Part shown: positions 12,033 to 24,965 of the stretch, piece by piece
How the letters are laid out: each line of letters starts with the position of its first letter
How positions within the stretch are numbered: position 1 is the first letter of the stretch
Made by a program: the position numbers and the translations under genes
Assembly (NCBI RefSeq): GCF_009914755.1
Contig: NC_060925.1
DNA from: the human T2T-CHM13v2.0 reference genome, Homo sapiens
Reading direction: 5' to 3' (one strand)
Length of the DNA: 64,000 nt
Notes under the pieces: model-generated
What the model saw: the letters and a program-made list of their open reading frames with translations, nothing else
What the model was told of the DNA's origin: nothing
The model's database searches: none

Positions 12033-15000
12033 CATTTTTTTCCAACTTCATTAAAGTATAATTGACAAATGGAAATTGTATATATTTAATGTGTGCAACC
12101 TGATTTTTTAAATATATATATATACACACACTATAAAATGATTACCACTATCAAGCTAATTAACATATCCATCACCTCACATAATTTCCTTTTTATTTTT
12201 TGTGGTGAGAACATTAAAGATTTATTCTGTTAGCAAATTTCAAGTATACAACACGGTATTATTAAGTATAGTCCCCATGCTGTGTATTAGATCTCCAGAG
12301 CTTACTCATCCTGAATAACCAAAAGTTTGTATCCCCTTTGATCAACATCTACTTATCCCCTTTGATCAACATCTACATCCCACTACCTTCTAGCCCATAG
12401 TAATGACCATTTTACTTATTTCTATGAGATTGACTTTTTTACACTCCACATATAAGTAAGATCATGCAGTATTTGTCTTTTGGTGCCTGGCTTATTTCAC
12501 TTAGCATTATATCCTCCAGGTTCACCATGTTTTTGCAAATGAAATGATGTTCTTTTTTAAAAGGTTGAATAATATTTTATTTTATATAGACATATATTAA
12601 ACCTTACATTTTCTTTCTTTATTCATCCTTCGATGGGCACTTAGGTTGATTCCATATTTTGGCTATTGTAATAATGCTGCAATGAACATGGGGGTACAGA
12701 TGTCTCTTTGAAATTCTTATTTCAATACTTTTGGATATATATACACAGAAGTACAATTGTTGGATCATATGGTAAATCTATTTTTAACTTTTTGATGAAT
12801 CTCCTTATTGTTTTGTTATGATGGCTAGACTATTTTACATTCCCACCAATAGTGTGCAAGGGTTCCAATTTCTCCACATCCTTGCCAATACTTGTTAATT
12901 TTTGTCTTCTTGACAGTAGTCATTCTAGCAGGTATGAAGTCACATCTTGTGGTTTTGATTTGCATTTTCCTGATGATTAGTAAGGTTGATCATTTTTTAT
13001 ATACCTCTTGACTATTTGTCTTCTTTTAAAAAAATCTGTCCAAGGTCCTTTGCCCATCTTTAAATAGAGTTATTTGTTTTATTGCTATTGAATTGTTAAG
13101 TTCCTTATGTATTTTGGAAATTAGCCCCTTATTTGTTGTATGGTTTGAAAATATTTTCTTCCACCCTGAGGTTTCCTTTACTCTCTTCATTGTATCTTTT
13201 ATCTATGAAAACTTTTTAATTTGATGTAATCCCAAACATATGATCTATCACAGAGAACGTTCTATGTGCACTTGAGAAGAACGTGTATTCTGCTGCTATT
13301 GGATGGAATGTTCTGTGCTTTTCTCTTAGGTTCATTTGATTTATACAGTTGTTCAAGTCCTCTGCTTCTCGGTTGATTTTTCTATCTGAATGATATATCC
13401 ACTGTTGAAAATGATATATAGAAGTCCCCTAAAATTATCATATTTCTGTTTATTTTTAACTTCAGTTCTATAAATATTTATAATATATATTTAGGTACTA
13501 GGATGTTGAATGCATTGATATTTATAATTTTTTTATATTCTTCTTCAGTTGACCACTTTATCATTATATAATGACCCTCTTTATCTTCTTTTATAGTTTT
13601 TGACTTAACATCTATTTTATCTAAATGTAGACACCCTTGTTCCCTTTGGGTTACTATTTGCGTGGAATATTTTTTTTCCATATTTTCACTTTCAATCTGT
13701 GTGTCCTTAAATCTTAAGTGAGTCTCTTGTAGGTAGCATGTAATTCTACTTTTTAAACGCATTCTGCCACTGTCTTTTGATTGGAGAATGTAATCCATTT
13801 ACAAGTTAAGACTTACTATTGCTATTTTGTTAATTATTTTCTAACTGTTTTGTAGTTCCTTTTTTTCTTTTCTTCCACTCTACTGCTTTCCTTCATGACT
13901 AGATTTTTCTGAAGGAGAGTTTGCCAGCTATAGCATTCTTGGTTGGCAGATATTTTTAACACTTCGAATATATTATCCTACCCTTTCTTAGCCTACTGTC
14001 TTCCACTATTGCTGTCTTCCTTTGTGGCTCGATTTTTATAAAGGTGTATTTTCATTCCTTTCTCTTTATCTTTAGTGTATCTACTACAGATTTTTTATCC
14101 TTTGTGGTTACCATGGGGCCTATATAAAAATTCACTTAGCATTGTAGTTTTTAACAGTCTAATTTGATAACAGCTTAACTTGATATTGTAGTTGTTAACA
14201 GTCTATTTTAATTTGACAATAGCTTAACTTCAAACACATACAAAAATTTGACACTTTAACTCTACTTCCCCTCACATTTCATGTTATTGTCTTCATGATT
14301 TACATCTTTTATATTGTGTATTTAACACATTATATTGGTTATATATTATATATAATTTTCAACAGTGGATATATCATTTAGATAGAAAATCAACAAAAAC
14401 AAGAGAACTTGAACAATCGTATAGATCAAATAAACCTAAGAGAAATACAAAGAACATCCCATCTATCTAACAGCAGACCACACATTCTTCTCAAGTGCAC
14501 ATAGAACATTGTCCAGGATAGATCACATGTTTAGGATTACATCAAACTAAAACTTTTTCAAAGAAAAAGGAAAAAAATGAAGAGAGTAAAGAGAACTTAC
14601 AATGGGAGAAAATATTTTCAAACCAAATACTTAATAAGAGATTAATTTCCAACATACATAAGGTATCTGCTATAATATTTTCTGATAGTTTTATGGGGAT
14701 TTCCTCTATGTAACTAATTACTCTTGCTGCTTTCAAAAAAAAAGTTTCTCATTTCTTTCACTTGTGAAAATTTGATTGTAATGTGTCTTGGTAAAGGTCT
14801 CTTTATATTTAATAGATTTGGGGTCCCTTGGAGTTCATGGGTCTGCATGTTAATTTGTCTCTTCAGATTTGGAAAGAAGTTTGTCATTATTTCTTTAAAT
14901 AATTTTTCTTTCTCTTTCCTTGCTTCTTCTGAGACTTATATAATTTATATATTGGTTCACTTGATGGTGTCCCATAATTCTTATAGATTTCTTTACTGTT

Positions 15001-15940
15001 TTTCATTTTAATTTTTTGCCCCCTGACTATAATTTTAAATAGTCTTTAAGCTCATTGATTCTTTTTTTTGCTTGCTCATGTCTGCTGTTGGAGCTCTCTA
15101 TAAAAATTTTTAATTAAGTAATTGTATTTTTTGGTTCCAAAATTTCTTTGTTTTTGTTTTTGTGATTTCTCTCTCTTTCTTGAAATCCCTATTTTCCCAT
15201 ATATTGTTTTCCTAATTTTGTTTTATTTATATTTGTTCTCTTGTAGCTCACTGAGCTTCTCCAAGATGATTATTTTGAATTCTTTGTCAGGCAGATTGTA
15301 CATCTCCATTTTAAAAAGTTGGTTACTTGTATTTTATTTTGTTTCTTTGGTGGTGTCATGTTTTCCAGATTGTTTGTGAGCCTTATACTGTAGGCTGGTG
15401 TCTGTAGATTTGAAGAAGGAGGTACCAATTCCAGTCTTTATAAACTAGCTTTGGCAGGAATAGCTCCACACCAGTCAGTCTGCCCAGAGATTCTGAGTGG
15501 GCCATCTGGCAGGGCCCATGGGCAAGAATACCGCTAGATTTCTCAGGTCAGCCTGAATCAGAAGGTGAGTGAAACCGTTAACTTGGTACATGGGGGCAGC
15601 CTGCAGCCTGGGTTTACAGGATCTGATCTGGCACTGGGTTGAGCCTTGAGCTTGAGTCTGCAGGAGCTTGCCTAGCCCTGGGGTGGCACTGGAGCACCAT
15701 ACAGAAGTGTGCCTCAGTCATGTGTCCCCAGGAGCTGGCTTAGAGCCTGGGGCTAAGGGGGCTGTTCTGGTGCTTGAATAAGCCTAGAGCCTGAGGCCAT
15801 GGGGGGCCAGGCTGCACCTGGGTCTGAAAGGGCTAGCTTGGTGCTGGGGCAGACTTGGACCTTAGGATAATAGGGGCCAGGCTAGTACCAGAGTGGGCCC
15901 AATACTCTTGTCTGACAGCAGCTTGACTAAAACACTGGCT
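12033..15940 (-). mobile_element. Rearranged, internally deleted L1MA-like element (3'UTR, ORF2 EN fragment, ORF1, GC-rich 5' region)
   Basis: 3'UTR 'ttattctgttagcaaatttcaagtatacaacacggtattatt'; EN peptide 'CYLQETHL...KEDKEGHYIMIK' (ORF 13478-13798); ORF1-type sequence from 14664; GC-rich 5' part 15400-15940. Confidence 0.85.
14347..14663 (+). repeat. Inverted duplicate of 13103-13420
   Basis: Reverse complement aligns end to end at roughly 80% identity (by eye), including the deletion junction. Confidence 0.9.
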
Positions 15941-16629
15941 GTAGATATGCTCCAGTTTTCTGCACTTCATTTTTTCTCTGGCTCTCAACTACATTGGGGT
16001 AATGTAAACTATTCTGTCTTTATTGCCTCTCTCTAGATACAGGTCTGACTACTCATCTTTGCTCTTTGATTCCACCATAATATCTAAATTATTTCTTCAG
16101 TGGTCCTCAAATTCCCTATTGTTAGCCTTCAACCACAGTCCACTCCTAGTTCTTCAACTGCTTTGGTTGGTTCTTCTTACTGTTATGCGTCAATCTCTGA
16201 GTGATCCAATATGAGTGATGGCCTCATCATTGATAATAGACCTCTATTCAACATTTAACCCATCATAGTTCCTCTCCTCTTTCCTGTCGCTGTTGATTCA
16301 CTGTTTAATGTTCTTTACTTTTTATAAAATAATTTGTTTAACTAATACCACTTTTGTGATAGTATGAACTAGTATGACTTATTGACTCAATTTTTTTTGG
16401 AGAAGCATGGAAGTAACCCATGGTGCATAATCAAAAATTTTTGGTAATATAAACAGAGAAATGTCAAAGGAACAGTAAAAAGAGAGAAGCAATTGCAAAA
16501 GCATTTGATTGTTTAGTAATATGTATAAAGGCATATTTTATTAATTATAACATACACCCACATGTACACATAAATGTTGCATGTGTTTGATCAAAGTTCC
16601 TAATAATTTATGAGATGTTTTGGCTAATT

Positions 16630-16830
16630 AGGAGTGTGGGCAAATTGGGATAAAATTCTAACCCTCTTTTTTGTAACATATGATTTTCCACAATTTAAAC
16701 TTTCTTTCCAACCTCAGATTTCTCATTTGTAAAATGGCTCTAATAAAACATTTTTCCTCAGGTTATTGTGAATATTCATTAAGATAGTCCACATAAAAGC
16801 ACTTAACATAATCCCTAAGGCTTAGTACTT
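16630..16830 (+). mobile_element. MIR SINE
   Basis: 'acctcagatttctcatttgtaaaatgg...ggttattgtgaatattcattaagatagtccacataaaagcacttaaca'. Confidence 0.75.
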
Positions 16831-17719
16831 TGGTAGTATTGTAACCAAACACCTCTCAGATAACTGTTAGTTATCTTTATTTATTAAAATAACTTTCATT
16901 CTATTTACCATTGAATTATACTTACATTTACTATTACTATTACATTGTAGTCTATTTATAAGTGATCCCTCAGGTTTTCTTCTAGACTGTAAAACTTCAA
17001 TTTCTGTAGCTTTCACTCATATGCCTTCTATATGTCTTTTTAAAATTCTTTGGGGACATCATTGACTCTTACATAACTAATACGGAGAGAGAAAGCCTGG
17101 GTATGGCACCATAAGATTTTATGATAATTTTATCACAAAACATAGCATATACATATGGTAGAGTTTTTGTTAAAGTGCTGTGACTTGATTGACTTATTCC
17201 CTGTCTTGAGAGTTTCTAGTTTACAAGAAACAATAGTTACCATGCATAAAAGAAACACAAATAACTGACCCCATACAAAAAAGATTTTAAACAATTTATT
17301 TCTTAAGCTGAGTAGTAAATATGGAGGTATTAATTATGTAATTATCTGTACTTTTGTGGTTACCTAAAATATTTCATATCAAATAAACTACTGTTAAGTA
17401 TTCAGAAATGTAGAGGCAGACTTGAGGACAGGTGAATTAATTTATAACGTTTGTTTTTATAGACTGCAAAACTGTGCTTAATTTATTTTACATTAAAATT
17501 TGTTTATGTACTATAATTTGAGGAGACTTTATGCTTTGTTTAACATAGGTAAGATTTGTTTTATATTTATTTATTTTGTGATCCACACTAAGTGCTGACT
17601 TACAGATACGTCTAATCTGAGAAATATATGTAATTCTCTAGATTTTGTTATATATCTTATCTTTCCATAAGTGTATTTTCTCTTATTAAATATTCTGTAT
17701 TTCTTACATCTTTGAAGCA

Positions 17720-17950
17720 TGCTCTAGTTGTACTGAATTTTAATACTCATTCCACTAACTAGTATCATTTGCACACCTAATGAAGATGGTCATTCAGGTT
17801 ATTGATTGAACTATTAAATCCCATTAAATGCAGGAATAATTGTGATAAAAAATCAATTGATATGTCATTCTAGGTTAACATAACCCATTGATATCAATTA
17901 TTTGCATATTCACTAGTGATAGCTACCCACCTTAATATGTATATATGGTC
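17720..17950 (-). mobile_element. L3/CR1 RT-region remnant
   Basis: 'gtatcatttgcacacctaatgaagatgg..cattcaggttattgattgaactattaaa' resembles the reverse complement of the CR1 FADD region. Confidence 0.35.
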
Positions 17951-18939
17951 TATTATGCCTACTCAGGTAATGAATACATATATATCATTCAAAACAGAAT
18001 CAAAAGCCTAACTATGATGTAAGAGATTAGATCCACAACATTTCCTTTGTATAAAATCAGCCATCAGTTCACCATAGAATTTAAGCAGTCTAGTAAAATT
18101 ATTTCTCAAAAAAAAAAAAAATCAAACAGTCCTCTGAGATAAGACTCAATAATCTCACTTATTATCAACATTTTTAGGTGAAATAACTATGGTCCTGAGA
18201 GCATAATATGGTTTCATCATACGGTTTTCATTTTTTGTGGCTTTCCAATACAAATACACTTAAAAATATTTTGGGTTAGTTTCTCATCTTACATTGTCTT
18301 TTTAATTTTAGGTGGTAATTAATTGGTTTGTCCATTACCTTTTGTTAACATTGTCCCAGAAATAGAAATTAATGGATAAAAATTTTTCATCAATCTTCCA
18401 ATAATATTGAAATATGAAAATAATAGGCACATAACATTTTAGATGAGTTGTAAAGTATTCCAAATGTCAATAACTTATTTTTGTTTCCTTAGAAAGTTTT
18501 AATAAAAATATTAATTGTGTCATTCTGATTGATAAGATAGAGCCACAGTATTGATAGCCCAAATATTCCAGTCATGGAAACATTAATGAGGATCTGATGC
18601 TATCATTAGAATGACCAATGAACACAGCCAGTGAAGAAATCAGTCTTGTAGCCATCAACATGACCATTGATTGCATGGAGACTTAGCATGTGTTTGTCTT
18701 TCTTTTCTCATTAATACCTATATTTTCTAAATTAGTCACAAGTTTGTTTAAAAGACACAAAAGATGCAAAGCAGGCAGGATATTACCTCACACATGTTAT
18801 AAAACTTAGATGTTCTGAAAGATCCTAAAGCCAGAATTGTTTTTGAGATTCTCAATCCCACAGTTAAATGTGTTAAAACTAATATTAAAAATATTTCAAA
18901 AAAATGAATTAATGAAAAGAAGCAGGCTTGGAAAATTTG

Positions 18940-19840
18940 AATAACTAGAAAGATGTTTTTAGACCTAAAAAGTCATTTTTGAATCCTAATTTGCTCTAGG
19001 AAATGACAAATCTCCAATAAACCAGAAAACTATCCAACTGGATCTTGCTGAATTAACTCTGAGGTAATTCAAATCTTTCTAGAAAAAAATAGTTTTTTTA
19101 TTTAAACAAACATATTTTGAAGAAACTCCAAAATAATACTGAACAATATAAAAGAAGACTTGGATTATGGAGCTATATTATGTTCCTGGATGGACAGATA
19201 ATATTGTAAACACATCAGTCTAAACTCAATATTTTTTAAGTTTCTTGCAATACCAATCAAAATATCAATGGGGATTTTGAAGGAAACTGGGAGAAAAAAC
19301 CAAAATGATGTTAGAATCAATTTGGAATAACAAGCAAGACAGAATCAACATTTTCATAAAAATCAAAGTTATCATGAATGGGAAGACTTATCCTGAGAGA
19401 TAAAAATTCTTTTTGTTTCTTTTTTTGTTTTTTTGTTTTGTTGTTGTTGTTGTTTTTGTTTTTGGAGATGGACTGTCATTCTGTCTCCCAGGCTAAAGTG
19501 CAGTGGTACAATCTTGGCTCACTGCAACTTCCATCTCCTGGATTCAAGCAATTCTCCTGCCTCAGCCTCCCAAGGAGCTGGGACTACAGGCTTGCGCCAC
19601 CACGCCCAGCTAAGGGAAAGCATATTCTTAATGTATTGTTATGAAAGCCTTTTGCTCCTGGCACCAAAAATACAGAGAGCTCAAAAACCAAAATAGGCCA
19701 AGAACAGCTTCTGATGTATAAGCTAGTCAACAAATAATAAATTAAGCATTGTAAATTAATGAGAATGAGTGATAGTAAATAAACAGTGTGGCAAAAATTT
19801 ATTAGCTACATGGCAAAAGGTAAGTGTCATCTTTACCTTA
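18940..19840 (+). mobile_element. Degraded L1ME ORF2 fragments (interrupted by a partial Alu)
   Basis: 'tatgttcctggatggacagataatattgtaaa...gcaataccaatcaaaatatcaatggggattttg' is L1 ORF2-like. Confidence 0.55.
19410..19613 (-). mobile_element. 5'-truncated Alu (right monomer plus T/TTG-rich tail)
   Basis: 'gagatggactgtcattctgtctcccaggctaaagtgcagtggt...ccaccacgcccagctaa'. Confidence 0.93.
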
Positions 19841-19864
19841 CCCAATGTATATATGTGGGCCTAC

Positions 19865-20801
19865 ATATATCCAGATTTTTGAAGGGCATAAGTTATCACA
19901 ATTCTGAGTCTCTCTTTAAGAAAAAGAATACACTGTTACAAATACAAAATGAGTTAAGAAAATGAATTTTAACTTAGGAAGAGAAAAATCACAAACTTCA
20001 AAAAAGCTAATAAATTGCACAAATACCATAAAATCTGGAAAAAAATGTATTTTAATTAAATACTTGTTTGGCAGTTCTATGATACTTTTCCCTGTACATG
20101 TTTTGGCTACATACTCTGATTACTTTTTCATAAAAACAGCAATTGTATTTTTTAATATTGATAATTTAAAGAAGTTTCTTTCAGATTCTCAAATCATTAT
20201 TAATATTGCCATGTAAATTTTTAGAACTATTGTCGATTTTGGGTAAACCTCTATCAAGTTTCTTTCATATGTGATCTGTAAGATCTGGAGAATTTCCCAC
20301 AGACTAACTTCTGGCTTTATACATTTCAAGCCTTGATGCTCCCCCACTAATTACACACTTTCAGTGCTGAGTATCAGGGAACATATTCATAGTGCATTAG
20401 AAACTCTACCCATCCATCTTAGTGTCAGAACACAAGGAGTTTGGCACAATGGAAACTATTCCTCCACTAGCAGGGCTAGCTATACATGAAGGTGGTAGTG
20501 AGCCATATAAAAGTATTCCACTAAACCCAAACTAAATGTATCACCAACTCAGTTTCTTCTTAGCTGAAACCCCAAATGCCTGCAGCTACCACAATGCTCC
20601 CTGCCATAAGGGGATATGTTATTGAGGGAATATGTGGTGGAGGAGAAGAGAAATAAAGGGGAAATTGCAATGGAAAGAGAGAGTTATGTTAACTGAATGT
20701 GGTTAATATGACTTATTTCTGCAAATTAAAAAAAAAAAAAAGCATAACCATGTGAATCCAATTCTAAGGTCCTTTATTATATTCATGGCAAATCTACCTC
20801 T
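19865..20801. mobile_element. hAT-superfamily DNA transposon remnant (MER53/Tip100-like ends)
   Basis: Left end 'tccagatttttgaagggcataagttatcacaattctgagtctctctttaagaaaaagaatacac'; right end 'catggcaaatctacctctg'; family not resolved. Confidence 0.6.
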
Positions 20802-20804
20802 GAT

Positions 20805-20950
20805 TGTCTCCACTTTGTAATTTAGGAAATAGAAGCTTGAAAAGTACAGTAACTTATCCATGATCTCACAGTTTATAAATTGCAGAACTAAGCTAGGAAG
20901 TCAAGGTTGAATGATTCCAAAGATAGTGCTCTAAAACATGAAGCTATACT
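20805..20950 (-). mobile_element. MIR SINE
   Basis: 'aggaaatagaagcttgaaaagtacagtaacttatccatgatctcacagttt' is the reverse MIR core. Confidence 0.7.
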
Positions 20951-20959
20951 TCTAATAAA

Positions 20960-21690
20960 AGTGAAAAGGAGTTAATATTCTTAGTATATGAAATGCTATT
21001 TTGAATCAGTACAAGATCACAATATTTCAATCCAAAAATGGACAATTTACTACGAAGAAACAAATGGCTAATAAATTATTTTTAAAAATCGCACAACTTT
21101 AGAATGAATATATATTTTTATCAAATTTGAAAATAATCTTTAAATGATAATACACAGCACTGATGGACAAAGGCATGTACAGTACTTCTGAGAATATACA
21201 TTTGTACAAATTTCAGAAAATTAATTTATCAATTTGGCAAAGTGTATTGATAGCCTAAAAAAATGCTCATCCCATTTCATGCAGTCATTCTATTTCCAGG
21301 AAAATAAAATGAAATAAATACAGACAAAGTTTTATACACAAAGATATTACACTATTTATAAAGGAAGAAAAGAAACAACATAAAGGGAATGGTTAAGTGA
21401 ATTATGGGGTTATGATATAGAAAATGAAATATAGTACGTGCCATTAAATTATATTATTTCCATAATATGCAGAAATACAGAATGGCAAGTGAAGAAAGTA
21501 ATTTTTTGTATAATGTATAATACAATATCAACCACATAAACACACACACACACACACACACATATAGACATGTAAGCGTAGATTTAGAGCTACTTATACA
21601 GATTAGGAGCTATAACTTCAGAAATGACATTATACCATTTTTACTTAAATTTAAAATGCAATGTTTCAAACAATTATTTTATTTCACAAT
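20960..21690 (+). mobile_element. Degraded L1ME 3' remnant containing (CA)11 at 21541-21562
   Basis: 'aaacaaatggctaataaatt', 'gaatggttaagtgaattatgg' L1 3' motifs. Confidence 0.5.
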
Positions 21691-21829
21691 CTACAAAACA
21701 GAGCATTTGTACCTACTTCTCTCCTTCTTGTCAGCAAGTTCAAGAATTGATGAGGGTGTGTCTATATTGTGGTGCTGAAACCATATATTGTTATCAAAGC
21801 ATTCAATTTAATGCAATTTAGAATAGGCA

Positions 21830-22005
21830 TCTGATATCCTCAGCTTCATGCACGCCTCCCCCACTGTCGTTACAGTCTGCACAGCTGTAGTTGTCTGCCT
21901 GGTGGTCTCCCAGAGGTGACTGTGTTTCATTGCAAGGCTGTATTAGTGAAGCCCCTGGGCTCTTATGAGAGGAAAGGCACTATATAAATGCAAAATAGTC
22001 TATTT
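21830..22005 (+). mobile_element. AmnSINE1-like (Deu-domain SINE) 3' half
   Basis: 'cccagaggtgactgtgtttcattg' and 'gtgaagcccctgggctcttatgagaggaaaggcactatataaatgcaaaata' match recalled AmnSINE1 blocks CCCAGAGGTGGCTGCATTTCAGTG and GAAAGGCGCTATATAAATGTAA in the right order. Confidence 0.6.
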
Positions 22006-22374
22006 TATTCATGCTGTCATATAAATAGAGATCTACTTTATGCTAGCAGTTTTTCAAGGTAACTGGTTATTCTTAGTATCCAGCTTCTCATTCTCAGGGC
22101 CTCTATAATCTATTGGGCAAAAATTATTTTCCATCCCAGAACAACAGGTGCCTTTCTGGGTGTAGAAGAGTCATTGGAAATGTCACCTTAAGCCAGTACT
22201 AGTTCACACAGAGGATGAGATTATTATCTAGATGGTTCAAACAATAGCTGCTTCCAGCTGGCCCTGGCTTAGTTGTCTGGCTGCAAGGACATAAAGAGCC
22301 CACTCTTTTCTACTGGTCTCGGCAATGGTCACCTTTCATACTTCCACCTTTCACACTTCACTAACATAATGAAA

Positions 22375-22580
22375 CAGACAGGCTGTGTAGTTGGGCTGAC
22401 CTGGGTTTAAATCCTGGCTATGCATTTAAGAGCTCTGTGTTTTTGAGTCTAGCTCTTCATTTTCAAAATGAACGCATCTACCCGTTAGTGATGTTATACG
22501 ATGATTAAATGAGGTATGGGTGAAAGTCATTTAGCACAATTCCAGGCACACAGTAGTTTGATACATGTTATCTATTATAG
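22375..22580 (+). mobile_element. MIR SINE
   Basis: 'gacctgggtttaaatcctggctatgc...gattaaatgaggtatgggtgaaagtcatttagcacaattccaggcacacagtag'. Confidence 0.8.
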
Positions 22581-23271
22581 TCAGTGGTTCTGTTTCTCTA
22601 AGTCAGCACCAACCTGAGAAATGTGTTTAGGACATTATACTATGAGTAGGGGATAAGGGAGCAGCTGGAGGACAGGAGTTATAGGGCATTGTATCTGCCT
22701 CTTAAAGAATTTACAAGCTCTAAACATAGAAAAGTTAGTGCTAGAAGCAACCTTAGAAACTATTTGTTCCACTCTTCTCATTTTTCAAATAAGGAAAGCT
22801 TATTAAAACAAAGCTAATAGTGCAGCATGGTTCTGTCTGACATGCTGTGAGCTTCAAAATGAATCAAATATACTTGACACATTTGGTCAAGAGATTATTT
22901 GGGTTATACGCCTCCCTTTTCTGTTTTTTCCTTCCCCCTTTAAAATGCTACAATAAAATTGCACTGTGGTGAGACCCACATTCTTTTCATAATGTGCTAC
23001 CTTTTGGTCTCCACTCGTCATCATTGCATAATCTCACCTGTTATCTTGATCAGCCTCCTCTTGTACCTTTAGCATTAAATCTCAAGCAAGTAACCTGTTT
23101 TCCTGAGGTGTTTAGTAGAATCACGTTTAGTTTTTTCTCACCTTGCCTTTCTAAATGTTGATCCTCTTAAGAATAAAGATGTGTTTAGAGAAAGGATTTT
23201 AAGCATACATGCCAAATGGCAAAGAAAGAGGGTGGCTTTTCCATTTCTATTATACTCTGCTGTGGCATTGA

Positions 23272-23649
<378 letters not shown>

Positions 23650-23886
23650 CTCCCTCAGTATTCTTTTATTCTATAGACCTATAATTCAAACTCTAAGAGA
23701 AAGAAGTTCTTTCCCTCTGTCTCAGCTCTGCAGGGAGGAAATTAACCCCTCCCTCTCATGCCTCCATGTCCACTCATCCCTATCCTAGCTCCTTTTATAA
23801 AAAATGAGAAGTTAAGAATATGGCTGCACAGATCTTAGGACATTCTTTAGTCCTGGTGTTTCTAGTAAGATCATCTTCTGTTAGCC

Positions 23887-24365
23887 CAGGCATCTTAATT
23901 TTTTATACCACATACTCCTTTGACAGGCTGAGGAAGCCTGTAGAGTCCTTTGCTGCATAGTGCTTTGAAATGCAAGACATAAAATTCATAAATTACAAAG
24001 AAAACTAATTATATTGAAGTAGTTAGCAAATTATGAAAAAATTGTGATGTAGGACCATATGTGCCTTTATTAACATATTAAATAAGATCTAGTGGTGGGT
24101 CTAATAACCACCATAATCTCAAAGCAGCGATGAGCACAAATGTTATTCCTAGACAGCTGCAACAACTGTAATGTGGTATGAAAATGTCTATGATTTCTAT
24201 TGATGACAGCTGTAAGCTGTGATTTCTTTCCTACATTCATAATGGAAGAAAATGCTAAATTCTAGTTAGTAGTGAGAAAAAATGAAGATGTAATCGTTTC
24301 CCATTTACATTCAGGAACCCAGTGAATTCTGTCCAAGAATCTCTTTGCCCAGCTTAAGAACTCCA
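23887..24365. mobile_element. Charlie4-like hAT DNA transposon
   Basis: 'ctcctttgacaggctgaggaagcctgtagagtcc...attacaaagaaaactaattatattgaa...aataagatctagtggtgggtctaataac'; degenerate TIRs cagg..cttaa / ttaagaactcc. Confidence 0.75.
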
Positions 24366-24869
24366 GCTGAGCTTCCTACCACAGACCTCAGTAGGCCTGA
24401 CCCAGGTTAGACATTCCATCCTGCACCTCCTCTTCTTTTCCTGAAGGCAGAACTAAGGAGCAAATTTTGGGCTACTCTTGGTGATGGGCTATTTCTTCTC
24501 TCCATGTCTTGCTTCGAGAACATCTAGATAAGAAGGTCTAAAGTTTTTAATTTAGGTCGGGGTAAAGTACAAATGTACTTTACCAGTTAGGAAACATTTT
24601 CTATAGTAGCAAGTTCTCTCTTCTACTACCCAAAGTCTTCACTTCAGATATTTACATAATGATGTGTTTAATGATTTAATGTAATCTGATTCTAATTCTC
24701 TCTATAAATAGATACATAGATAGAGTGATAGATATAGATAAATAGAAAGGACAGAGATATAGTGCGTGTATATATAAATACAGATATACATACATATATT
24801 TTGTATTTTTTATCCTTTAAAATTTGGAGATGACCCTAGGGCTTTTTCCATAAAAAGAAATTTACTAGA

Positions 24870-24965
24870 AGAAAAACTCCATGAGGGCAGGGACTATGTT
24901 TTGTTCTCTGCTGCTTCTACAGCAATTAGGAGTGTCTGGTCCTACTTAAATATTTATTGAGTATA
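24870..24965 (+). mobile_element. L2 3' end
   Basis: 'aaactccatgagggcagggactatgttttgttctctgctg...aaatatttattgag'. Confidence 0.7.
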
